NCBI GenBank assembly: GCA_018398765.1
Contig: JAHBMJ010000521.1
Span: forward strand, 62,001 to 125,907
Direction of reading: 5' to 3'
DNA length: 63,907 bases
Source: Chromera velia
Taxonomy: Eukaryota
Part shown: positions 1 through 10,887 of the stretch, in pieces
How positions within the stretch are numbered: position 1 is the first letter of the stretch
Layout: every line of letters starts with the position of its first letter
Translations under genes and position numbers: made by a program
The notes under the pieces: model-generated
Database searches by the model: none
What the model saw: the letters and a program-made list of their open reading frames with translations, nothing else
Told to the model about the DNA's origin: nothing

Positions 1-44
1 CGAACAATCGACAGGCACACAACGTGCAGACTACATTCATACGC

Positions 45-82
<38 letters not shown>

Positions 83-188
83 CACACCCGCCCCCTCATC
101 TATAGATTCCCCCGGTCATTGACGAGACCTCACAGCTAGCCTCACAGTCAATCAACTCATGCGACAGGCACATTTCAGGCTGGCGGAC

Positions 189-1178
189 CTTGTCAGGTGC
201 GTTGATGTTTGCACCCTTCCCAGCAGAAAAGCTGCAACCAGCCTCTTGGTGACCCCCGTCGCACGCCCAGTGAAGCGCTGTCCCGCCGAACTGCATTTGG
301 TTTCTGCATTGAACCGACTTCATCGATTGACACCTGGCACCATGAACCCATAAATTAAGTGATAGATTCACTTAAGTGCAGTGTTTCTGATCTGCTATGC
401 TTAAAAGTGACTGGCGCTTCCAAAGCTGCTTCCCGTCTTTGCATTTACTTTTCCTTCGACTGTTTTTTCAAAAAGTCAAAAGCCATATATGTCTGAGTTC
501 ACTGAGAGCATTTATTCTGGCAGCGGTATGATGACAACCACTGGCTTGGCTGAGTCTTTGCACACATCTGCACAAAGCTGTGTCAAAAGATGCACGCGAC
601 GAACTTTCGAATAAAACACTCCTGCCGGGTACACTGATGCTTGCACTCGTTTAGAAAGCAAAGAGAAGGAATCTAACTGGAAAACATTTGCATCTCCCTT
701 ATGTGCATCAATGTGTAACATGTTCTGTTCAGGATGCATGTGACAACTCTTTGCTTCTCCTGTTTGTTCAAAATACAAGCGCACATGCGAAGTAGATACA
801 ATTAAAGTTCATGTAAACCCCATAGAAGGGTTGCATGCACAAGCCTGACCGCGTCCAATGCGTCCACTTTCACTTCGTGTTCGTCAAACAGAAGCTTGAG
901 CGCCTCAACATCGCCTTGAGTGGCTGCGAGAGTCACCTCTTCTTGGCTGTCCTGCAATCGTCAGCAAAGTGGAGTCCGATGCATTACAAACATGCGTTCA
1001 TCATGCTGATCCGCATCACAAGTTCAACGACTCCAAATCGATCAAGGCACAGATGGCATTGCTCTAACGGACTCACGTTCAGATCCTTCACCTTCTTTTG
1101 AAGCTGTTGGAAGCGCTTCGCACCCACCAGGGCGAGAAGCACGAAGCCGAATGCTGCGAGAAACGAGACGGTTCTCAT
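189..1178 (-). CDS. Secreted ankyrin-repeat protein, 5' part (exons 1178-1092, 951-850, 290-189; probably continues past the left edge)
   Basis: Exon 1 MRTVSFLAAFGFVLLALVGAK is a signal peptide. Exon 2 DSQEEVTLAATQGDVEALKLLFDEHEVKVDALDA and exon 3 FGGTALHWACDGGHQE...KGANINAPDK match the ankyrin consensus. All junctions are phase 0 with GT donors and TGCAG acceptors. Confidence 0.75.
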
Positions 1179-1963
1179 TGCTTGCTCGTGGGTCTGTGCA
1201 GGCAGACTCGCGCGAAGTGCGCTTCTGGCAATTGAAGAAAGACGGGTGCAGTGATTCCTTTGTTTTCCCTTTTTTCTCTTCTTGGATCATGAGCTTGCTG
1301 AGCAGGGCGACATTACATAAGAATTCGATCAACGGTCAAGTCAAATACAGTATACTCAGTGCATGTCGATCAATTACTCGCGATTAGTTTCGTTGAAAAC
1401 ATGTTGAAAATTAACTCTATATATATATAGCTGCATGCATGCATGCGTGCAAATTAAGAAGATGAAAAATACCAAAACAAAAAAGAAGAATGTAAGTCAG
1501 CTATAGTCAGCTATAGTCAGCTGCATAGCTCGCGCGCCTTGCGCGCGGAAAGAGCTATAGTGACTTGCTCAGCCAGCTGGCCCGCATACATTGCCTGCCA
1601 ATGCCTGGATCAGCCTGGACCGCAGTAGTCTATATAATTGCCTCTCATACAATTTCATACATCTCTCATTATTACCACCTCTCTTCTCCTGGGAACTGAT
1701 TATGTTTGTCGCAAAAAGGAGGTTCGGAGTTTGAAGCTCGCCTAGCTGGAGACGTGCGTGAACAGGAGACGGCTTAAGAAGGTTCCGGGTATGTAGACGG
1801 ATATAGGTTTGTCCTCAGCCAAGGCACTTACGCGTCGGTGTGAGCTCCAGGCGAGATCTTTTGACGTGTTGAAAGCCTCAGCTCGAGAACATATGGGAGT
1901 CTGTGTGTTGAGAGTTTTTGAGCGAGATCGAAAGAGAAGCTGCTTGCTGCATTGGACCGACGC

Positions 1964-4900
1964 ATGCGTTTGTTCCTCTTTCTCTTCCTTCAAAGTTTGT
2001 GTCTGGTGACTCTGCTGTTGCCCCTCGCTAAGGCCTTCTCTCTCACTCACGACGCTACCAGACGTCTGAAGCAGTTTGAGAAAAGCAGGGGACGGCTTCT
2101 ATCTGCCCGCTGCTGTAGGCGCAAAGTCGTTGACGTCTCCACACAGGTGCAAATGGAGACGGAGACGCGAAGAGACGGTCATCATCGCAGCTGCCTGGTA
2201 GGGGTGGCACAGCTCCACTCAACATCGGACATTGAGAAGAACTTTGAAGACGTTGAGAGAATATGCGCGAAGGCTGCGCGTCTGCAGTGCCGTTTTATTT
2301 GCTTTCCTGAAAATTTTGCGTTTCTCGGCACGTCTTTCAAGGAATCGCTGGAGATGTGTGAACCGCTCTCCGGGCCTCTATTCTCACGGTACAAAAATTT
2401 GGCCAAAAAATACGGGCTTTGGATCTCTTACGGGGGGTTTCAGGAGAAAATCGAGGGCGTGGAAGAGAAACTGGGCAACTCGCATGTCAGCAGTGCATTT
2501 TGCGTGTGTGCGTGTGTGCATGTGAGTATCCGCCTGCCGACCTGCCTGCTCTGTCTGTCTGTCTGTCTGCTTGCTTATCCGTCCCGCTGGCTAGATGCGT
2601 GCGCAATCGTCCTGCGGCAGAGGCCTCTGAACACGTACGACAGGCAAATTTCTGGGAGGCACACGGCATCTATCTTTGTTTCCCGAAGCTCCTTCTTCCG
2701 CCCTTCCATTTTTCCTTCCTTCTGACTTTTTTGCTCCATCTTTCATTTCTTGTTCTTCTTCTCTTCCTCACTCCTCTGCTGTTTCTTCTGCCTCTGGGTA
2801 TGATTGTTGTCCAGAGCTTTTTTGCATTCTCTCGTGCTTCGTTCTCTCCCTGTTGCCTGCAGGTGATCGTAAACGAGCTCGGGGAAATCGAGCGCGTGTA
2901 CAGAAAGATCCACTTGTTCGATGTGGATCAGCCCCAGAGGTTCAGGGAGTCTGCCTTCACTTTTCCCGGAGAGGGGCTGCAAGTCGTGAAGGGAACAGCG
3001 TGTCCTGCAGGGAATTTGGGGCTCTCGGTGTGCTATGATCTTAGGTCGGTCAGGGCTCTCGGTGTGCTATGATCTTAGGTCGGTCAGGGCTCTCGGTGTG
3101 CTATGATCTTAGGTCGGTCAGGGCTCTCGGTGTGCTATGATCTTAGGTCGGTCAGGGCTCTCGGNATCGAGGGCGTGGAAGAGAAACTGGGCAACTCGCA
3201 TGTCAGCAGTGCATTTTGCGTGTGTGCGTGTGTGCATGTGAGTATCCGCCTGCCGACCTGCCTGCTCTGTCTGTCTGTCTGTCTGCTTGCTTATCCGTCC
3301 CGCTGGCTAGATGCGTGCGCAATCGTCCTGCGGCAGAGGCCTCTGAACACGTACGACAGGCAAATTTCTGGGAGGCACACGGCATCTATCTTTGTTTCCC
3401 GAAGCTCCTTCTTCCGCCCTTCCATTTTTCCTTCCTTCTGACTTTTTTGCTCCATCTTTCATTTCTTGTTCTTCTTCTCTTCCTCACTCCTCTGCTGTTT
3501 CTTCTGCCTCTGGGTATGATTGTTGTCCAGAGCTTTTTTGCATTCTCTCGTGCTTCGTTCTCTCCCTGTTGCCTGCAGGTGATCGTAAACGAGCTCGGGG
3601 AAATCGAGCGCGTGTACAGAAAGATCCACTTGTTCGATGTGGATCAGCCCCAGAGGTTCAGGGAGTCTGCCTTCACTTTTCCCGGAGAGGGGCTGCAAGT
3701 CGTGAAGGGAACAGCGTGTCCTGCAGGGAATTTGGGGCTCTCGGTGTGCTATGATCTTAGGTCGGTCAGGGCTCTCGGTGTGCTATGATCTTAGGTCGGT
3801 CAGGGCTCTCGGTGTGCTATGATCTTAGGTCGGTCAGGGCTCTCGGTGTGCTATGATTTTAGGTCGGTCAGGTGCTATGATTTTAGGTCGGTCAGGGCTC
3901 TCGGTGTGCTATGATCTTAGGTCGGTCAGGGCTCTCGGTGTGCTATGATCTTAGGTCGGTCAGGGCTCTCGGTGTGCTATGATCTTAGGTCGGTCAGGGC
4001 TCTCGGTGTGCTATGATCTTAGGTCGGTCAGGGCTCTCGGTGTGCTATGATCTTAGGTCGGTCAGGGCTCTCGGTGTGCTATGATCTTAGGTCGGTCAGG
4101 GCTCTCGGTGTGCTATGATCTTAGGTCGGTCAGGGCTCTCGGTGTGCTATGATCTTAGGTCGGTCAGGGCTCTCGGTGTGCTATGATCTTAGGTCGGTCA
4201 GGGCTCTCGGTGTGCTATGATCTTAGGTCGGTCAGGGCTCTCGGTGTGCTATGATCTTAGGTCGGTCAGGGCTCTCGGTGTGCTATGATTTTAGGTCGGT
4301 CAGGTGCTATGATTTTAGGTCGGTCAGGGCTCTCGGTGTGCTATGATCTTAGGTCGGNCCTCTCTCTGTCTCTCGCTCTCGTTCTGTTTTTCTCTGTGAA
4401 TGCAAACAAATAAGACTTGCTCATCTCTCTGCTGTTTCTCTGGTTTTCTTCTCTCTCGGTGTGCGCGCTGGCATGAATGCAGATTTGCGGAGATGTATCA
4501 AAGACTCCGGTTGGACGGTGCAGAGGTCAGGCAGGCAGGCAGGCGGGCGGGCAGGTAGAGGGAATTTTGGGCTAGTATGATTGTTTGATTTTTAGGCGAG
4601 GCCATGAAAGAGAGAGGAATGAAAGGGGGCAACTTTGAAGCACGAAGTCGGAAAGGGGATGGAACAAGAAATGATCACCCTGTCAGCGAGTCACCACAAT
4701 CCTTCAAATCGATTCATCGAGCCAAAGGGAGTTCCAGGGCTTTACCACACATAGAAGTGTTCCGCTAGGAATGCGAAACCAGCGAGGATGACGACTGTCT
4801 TTCGAAAGTGTGGACGCTGCTCCAGAGTCGAGGTAGGTCTTCTGACAGGTCCCCTCAATTAACTTCAGTGAGTTCCAAACTGCACGAATCTTTTACGAAT

Positions 4901-5016
4901 CGTTGCAGAAGGCTTTCGTTTTTTCTCTGCAGGTTTTGCTGGTCCCTTCCGCCTTCACTCTGCGCACAGGTGAGGCAAGAAAGAAATAAACGCGCATATG
5001 CACACGCACACAAAAC

Positions 5017-5050
<34 letters not shown>

Positions 5051-5732
5051 GGAGAGAGGAAGAGAGTCCTCTGCAGACGGCGGGCGAGGGATCGAACGAT
5101 CATCTAGCTGGGCGGGGGGGGAAATTGCGCAATCAATGTCTGTCTCCCTCCCTTAATTCGAACGTGCTTAATCCACCAGACTCAGAATTGAATGCACTTC
5201 CACCAGCGTGCGTGCGTCAAGAGGCCGGTCGCTCCATTAAGACTCGCTTTCCCTTTCTTCACTCTCCGTCCCTGCCTCCGTTCTCCAGCACCTTCTGGAT
5301 CGATATCTGGATGTCTGGATGGATGGATGGATGGATGGATGGATGGATGCAGGAATGGCCCACTGGCACTGTCTCCTTCGGGCCCGGGCGATCGAGACGC
5401 AAAGTTTCGTCATAGCCGCTGCCCAGGTGAGCTGGCGTTTATTTTCATGCAGCCCAGGTGAAAGCAAAGTCAGGAAAAAGAAGACAGCCCTGAAAAAGAG
5501 TTTTGTATAAAAATGAAGTCACTCGCTGCCCAGGTGAGCTAGCGTGAACATGAACGAGAGCAAAGACGGGAAAAGGAAACGACCGTAAAGTAGTTATGTT
5601 GCCTGCCCCCGAACGGAAGTTCAGATAGGGCCAGTGTCCACCTGCTTGTTCTTTGGTTTGGACCCAATTCATTGCAGTGAGACTGAAGGCAATAGCTTTG
5701 TCTCCTGTAGCTAGGAGGAATCCGTTTAGAGC

Positions 5733-5768
<36 letters not shown>

Positions 5769-5930
5769 TCTTTACTCGTGTTAGTATGATTTGGTTCTTC
5801 GGCATGACTGGCTGATGACCCCAGGCCCGATGCTGATGACCCCCCCCTTTTTTTCGTTTCTTTCATTCTCAAAATCTCTCTGATGAGGAATGGGTCCTTT
5901 CCTCTTTCTGTCTGTCTGTCTGTCTGTCTG

Positions 5931-5962
<32 letters not shown>

Positions 5963-6028
5963 TATCTCTCTCTCTCTCTCTGTCTCTGAGTGTGAGGGGT
6001 GGAGACAGAGACAGGGACAGAGACCGAG

Positions 6029-6060
<32 letters not shown>

Positions 6061-7225
6061 AGAGAGTCTCTTCCCTCCTATTTCTTCCTTCTTTCATTCC
6101 TTCCTTCCCTCCCTGTGGACGATTGTTTCCATGTATACATTTGCTTTCCATGTATACATTTGCATGTATACATTTGCTTTCACTCCTTCATGTATGTATG
6201 TGACTGAAAGACCATCTCAGCAGCAGGTCCTTCAGGTCTTGCAGCAGACAGTCAGTATTGGCTTTTGTTGACCGCTGTGTGTGAATATCTGTCGCCCTCT
6301 CTCGGTCGCTCTCTTTGCCTGTCTGCCTGAGTGCATGGACGCATGGACGCCTGCAGGCAGGAGTCCACAATGCCAAACGTGAGAGCTACGGACACTCTGT
6401 CGTGTTCGATCCCTGGGGTCCGTCCGTCAGTCAGTCAGTCGGTTTCTTTGTTTGTGTGTTTATTTGGTGGTTTATTTACTTGGCTTCTTTCTTGGTTCTT
6501 TTGGCTGGGTTTTTAACTGGCTGTTTTGGCTTTCTTGGCTCTTGATTGGTTGATGCTTGTGGATGATACATAACGAGAAAGAACGCGGTGACAGACTGAT
6601 CTGCTGATCCCCTCTCTTGATGGTTCGATACAACGTACTCTTTTATTTGTTGCACACGCCCCTCTTTGTTTTGCTTGGCCTTTGTCTCTCTGTTTGGATG
6701 GATACAGGGGCCTTTCCCTTTTGTTACACACGCCTCCCTGTGCCGTGCTTGGCCTTTGTCTCTCTGTTTGGATGGATATAGGGGCCTTGTCCTTTTGTTA
6801 CACACGCCTCACCCGATGTTCCGCTTGTCCTCCAGCCCTCTCTCAGTAATTCTTTCTTGCAGTGCACAAAACGCGTTTGTTTGCCACTCTTGCACTTTTC
6901 AGCGTGTGTCGTTCTTCCCCTTTTTATCGCATGTCTTCTTTTCAAATGCATGACGCCTCCTTCTCTATGCGCGCCCGTCTCTATCTGTATCTGTGTCGAG
7001 GATCTTTCCTTCTGTTTTGTGCGTGTCTTCATTGTACGTTTCTATCTTTCATTCATTCATTCATTGACTCACTCACGCACTCACGCACTCACTCACTCAC
7101 TCACTCATTCATTCATTCATTCATTGTGTCGATGAGTGATCAGGCGACTCCCTGTGCGAAACCTCGACGTTTGCTTCTGACTCGGAACCTAGATTGAGCG
7201 TTGCAGAGGTGGGCTTTCATGGTTG

Positions 7226-7309
<84 letters not shown>

Positions 7310-7428
7310 ATGTGTGTATGTGTGTATGTGTGTATGTGTGTGTGTGTATGTGTGTGTGTATGTGTGTATGTGTGTGTGTGTGTGTGTGTGTATGTGTGTA
7401 TGTGTGTGTGTGCGTGTGTGTGTGTGCA

Positions 7429-7464
<36 letters not shown>

Positions 7465-7553
7465 TGGATTTTGGTCTCTTGGACAAGGTACGAAGCGCCA
7501 TGCCAATTTTATTGCACCGGAGGCCAGATCTCTACCCACTCTCTAACCCCTAG
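1964..7553 (+). CDS. NIT1: Carbon-nitrogen hydrolase of the NIT1 (deaminated glutathione amidase) type with signal peptide + transit-peptide-like leader. Exons ~1964-2485, 2863-3044, 4483-4525, 4933-4969, 5353-5426, 6357-6417, 7144-7208, ~7464-7553
   Basis: Catalytic triad motifs FPENF (E), YRKIHLFD (K) and [10 protein letters not shown] (C). Also [36 protein letters not shown] and C-terminal [16 protein letters not shown], typical of Nit1. Splice phases are consistent, but the last acceptor is not visible. Confidence 0.85.
3019..3164 (+). repeat. 34-bp tandem repeat GGGCTCTCGGTGTGCTATGATCTTAGGTCGGTCA, first copy of the array (~4 units)
   Basis: Period of 34 read directly (gctctc at 3021 and 3055). 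The array ends at an N. Confidence 0.95.
3166..3760 (+). other. Apparently identical 716-bp-offset duplicate of 2450-3044, probable assembly artefact
   Basis: The sequence restarts immediately after a single N at 3165, and the ORF track shows identical peptides offset by 716. Confidence 0.8.
3735..4357 (+). repeat. 34-bp minisatellite (~18-19 units, two truncated) made of the NIT1 catalytic-Cys exon end plus its splice donor
   Basis: Unit = (G)GG CTC TCG GTG TGC TAT GAT CTT AG|GTCGGTCA. There are no spacers, and the array ends at N 4358. Confidence 0.95.
7221..7463. repeat. (GT)n microsatellite forming the last NIT1 intron
   Basis: Direct reading. Confidence 0.95.
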
Positions 7554-7565
7554 TCTAACCCGGTA

Positions 7566-8103
7566 TCATCATCATCATCATACGCCATCGCTATCGGCCC
7601 ATAATAGGCGTCTAACGTTCGGCAAGTCACAACACGCAAGGCAGATTGTTAAATGATGGACCCTCATTTCGCAACATTTGGCAAATAGCTTAACAACTGC
7701 ATTTTTTCTCAAACTCTTCGACTTCTGGCAGGGCATGCTTGCACATGAGCGAGGCTGCTTCATGTGATGTTGACTGCCAGCCATGCCACGCCACCTCATA
7801 ACGCCATCCTCTTCCCTGCTTGTACTTCCTAAGAATTTCCTTCACCTGACAGCCCTGAACCCAGCTTCCCTTCTTTTCTTTGACTGCCTTCTTCAGCTGC
7901 TCTGGCTGTCTGGGGGCGAGGTCCTTGTGTGCTTTGCTTGTGTGAATGCGAAGCCCCCGGGGGGTGGAAAACGTTCGTCCACATGCCTCACACTTCGCAT
8001 CTCCATCTCTCTGCCCCTTTCTCACTTCCCTTTTCTTTTCCTTTTCCTCTGCTCCTCTCTCCTCTACCTTTTTCACCCCATCTTGAATTAACGCCCTCCA
8101 CCT
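7566..8103 (-). mobile_element. 5'-truncated non-LTR retrotransposon (RTE-like) with (TGA)n tail and 43-bp target-site duplication (7523-7565 / 8104-8146)
   Basis: Exact direct repeat gccagatctctacccactctctaacccctagtctaacccggta on both sides. The minus-strand 3' end is ...tatgatgatgatgatga. The open frame from 8103 reads RWRALIQDGVKKVEE...KKREVRK...CEACGRTFSTPRGLRIHTSKAH, resembling the RTE ORF C-terminus. Confidence 0.8.
7690..8103 (-). pseudogene. C-terminal fragment of the LINE ORF: C2H2 zinc finger followed by a chromodomain
   Basis: CxxC-x12-HxxxxH finger. QVKEILRKYKQGRGWRYEVAWHGWQSTSHEAASLMCKHALPEVEEFEKK aligns with the chromodomain consensus (VERIL...YLVKWKGY...TWEP..L.....EFE). Confidence 0.7.
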
Positions 8104-8828
8104 GCCAGATCTCTACCCACTCTCTAACCCCTAGTCTAACCCGGTACACCCTCAATAATTGCATCGTTAACATAAATTTGTTGTTTTAATACATGTTTGA
8201 ATGAAAACTAGAATGAAAAGCAAGAATTCACTTTAACCGGTAAACAAACTGACAGTATGACAAACAGACAGCCTAGATCAGCCTAGTTGATCTTAGTTAG
8301 TTTACTACTGTGCGTCGTCTATAATTAGCTTTATCAATTATTCACTCTCATTTAGTAGGTTTTGTAGTTAATTATTTCATTATGAAAGAATAAGAATAAA
8401 AAGTTTAAAAAATTTCTCTCAACATGACTGCGAGTTTTTTCATCTCCCTGTCAGTTCCTGCCTCTTCTCAAGTCCCAGAGACCACTTCTCAGGACGAGTT
8501 GACAAGCAACGCCCCGTCGCTCCCATCAACCCACCAACATGCAAGACCAATAACAAACTAAAAATCAAGCGAAAATGATCGATCCATTCTCACTTTGAAG
8601 CTCCCTAGCTGATGTATTAAAATATATAGCTGTCGGATCATGTTGAAACCCGGTGTAGTCACCACTGGTCTGAAAAACTTTATAGAGACTTGTTGTAAAT
8701 TATGCTGGGGCCTAGGCATCCTCGGTTTTTGTCTGTCAAGCATACTATAAGTTTGATTATGCAGTGGATGTCAGGGCATTCAGGGATCTGTATGTGCTGT
8801 ACGTACATGGCCATGCTGCGTGCGCGCA

Positions 8829-8912
8829 ATATGGCCCTGGAAAGCGAAGCGGGGAGCACTTACCAAACAATCCCCTGAGCCTATGACTACCTATGACCCC
8901 GGAAAGCGTAAC
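8829..8912 (+). repeat. Dispersed intergenic repeat, copy 1 (inverted copy at 39396-39483)
   Basis: atggccctggaaagcgaagcggggagcacttaccaaac...tgaccccggaaagcgta closely matches the reverse complement of 39396-39483. Confidence 0.8.
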
Positions 8913-9730
8913 GTGTAGCACTCAAAAAATTTATACCGGAACAGCATGCGATCGAATTTGAGGCCGACGACCTCGTTTTTAGTGTATACAAAACTTTATA
9001 CACCGAGCTATATATATGCTCCTGCACGGAGACTCATACAAACCTTTGTACATGCTCAGCTAGGGCTTTCCGAGGCCGTTCGCACGCTTGCGTGCGTTAG
9101 ATGCATGCATGCATGGAACTTTCATAAAAAAAAAGCCCCAGAAAGAGCCCGGGCCCCCTTGTATAGGCCATAAAAGCGCCTACCGATTCCTGAAGTGCCC
9201 CGATGCGCATGCATTGATGATGATGATGATGTATGAGGTTAAAGCCAGTGAGCCATATAGGCTCTGGCCATGCAACCTAGTATTTCCTGCATTGATGTGC
9301 GTGCGTCAGATATCGTCAGATATGGCAAAATACATGCTTTCCGGGGCCGTTCGCATGCTTGCGTACGTCAGATTGCGCGCGCGGCTAATCATGCAATTAC
9401 ATGTATGGCTTGGCCAACCGCGATTCAGAAGGACTCACTTAATTAATTAAAAAAAAATCCTAAATTTTTTACAAAACCACAATTTAATAACTTCCGTTCG
9501 ACGGTACGGAAAGCCTGCACTGTACAGTATAGATATATGGCAAGGACATAAACTGGGAGCATCTTCATTGATTGATCCCGGAGACATTTGGAAAAGGAAG
9601 TCTTGTGAGACTCAGGATCCTGCTCCTTGTGTCTCTCAGACTGAGTTCACGTCTCTCTGTCTATATATACATCTCTGTCGAAAGAGAGGTACAAATTTCT
9701 TCTACTTGACTTTGCTCGATTGTTTTTACC

Positions 9731-10381
9731 ATGTTTGTCAATAGCAGCTCTTCTGTGAGTACAGATAGCAGCATCGCTGTTTATCGGAGCACAGGAGAAG
9801 CAACGCTTCATAAAAAACCTGTTGACCTCCATATAAGTAGCCCGTCCAAAGCAGCCCCTCCGATTGCCGGCGCGCAGGACAACAACGGGTCTCTGTTCAG
9901 TTTCCAGACGGTGTGCACCCACCTGTTTACAGTTGCGCTGGCCACCTGCATCTTCAAGCAGCTTGTGGGACCCCACATCTACATTTTATGGGTTGTCGTA
10001 GCGCTGCATGCATCTGGGCTTCACCTCTCTCCCCTTGTGCTTAGTAGGGCGGGAGTTAGATGGTCTATCCTCCGCTATGCTTTGTCATTCGTTCTCACAC
10101 TGGCGGTGTGCTACTTTCTGGCACCGGAACGGTCCTTCCCGGTCCCGGTATGGCTGCTGATGCTTCCGCTACTCTGGATTGCGGGAGTCTATGCATGTTT
10201 TATCTTCAATTTCCGACAGTCCGTGGCCGGGGCGGTGACATGCATAATGGTTAACGGGCCAGGTCTATATTATCATGCAGGATATCTGATAGTTTGGGTT
10301 GGAACGCACTTTCCCTCTGCTGCCGTATATTGTACCCCTTTGTATGATGTGACTGTGCAGCTGTTCGGGTTCTCAGACTGA
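9731..10381 (+). CDS. Hypothetical intronless multi-pass membrane protein (216 aa)
   Basis: ATG-initiated, non-repetitive ORF with several hydrophobic segments. No family recognised. Confidence 0.4.
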   Translation: MFVNSSSSVSTDSSIAVYRSTGEATLHKKPVDLHISSPSKAAPPIAGAQDNNGSLFSFQTVCTHLFTVALATCIFKQLVGPHIYILWVVVALHASGLHLSPLVLSRAGVRWSILRYALSFVLTLAVCYFLAPERSFPVPVWLLMLPLLWIAGVYACFIFNFRQSVAGAVTCIMVNGPGLYYHAGYLIVWVGTHFPSAAVYCTPLYDVTVQLFGFSD

Positions 10382-10887
10382 TTGATAAATGCCATTTTTC
10401 TTTTTTTGGCTGGCTGCCTGCCTCGGAGCTCGACTGGTATATAGATAGTGCGTAGTCACCAAAAAAGCGTGGAATAGGAGTGGATGATTGAATGACAGGA
10501 TTAGTTGGTGAATGGATGGGTGGGTAAGTTGGCTAGGTGAGTTGGTGAATGAGTGAGTGAGTGAGTGAGTGAGTGATTGAGTAAGTTGGTGAGGGTGATA
10601 GGATAAGTTAGTACACGGGTTCAAATTAGCGTGGGTGAGTTAGAGAATGGGGCAGAGGGTAGATTGGGTAGTCGAGTAAATTGGTGATTCAGGCAGAAGG
10701 AGTAGAAGTATAATATATTGCTTAATTGACAGTTAGCCCTCGTAAATACGGCAGGCGCTGAGTAAAAATAGGACAACAGCGTCATAATGATTCAAAGAGG
10801 CTTCGAAGTCCTCTTTATCTTTCTTCCCAAATTCTTGAAAACTTAGTTGTCAGAGAATACCAGAGAACTTAAGTGAGCGTGACGGAC

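Noticed and set aside
3166..3760. Real exon duplication or second nitrilase gene
   Set aside because: Apparently identical copy starting right after a single N, typical of a contig-overlap artefact.
3019..4357. CRISPR-like 34-bp repeat array
   Set aside because: Units are head-to-tail with no spacers, derive from the host exon/donor, and lie in a eukaryotic gene with no cas genes.
6655..6812. ~75-bp intronic tandem duplication (similar small ones at 18600-18680, 52490-52607, 57655-57735)
   Set aside because: Ordinary two-copy local duplications with no further structure.
7189..7656. Poly-CV / poly-HT ORFs (also the ERKK-, SFFL- and DRQT-rich ORFs throughout)
   Set aside because: Translations of intronic microsatellites. 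Only the last ~29 codons of ORF 7194-7553 are real NIT1 sequence.
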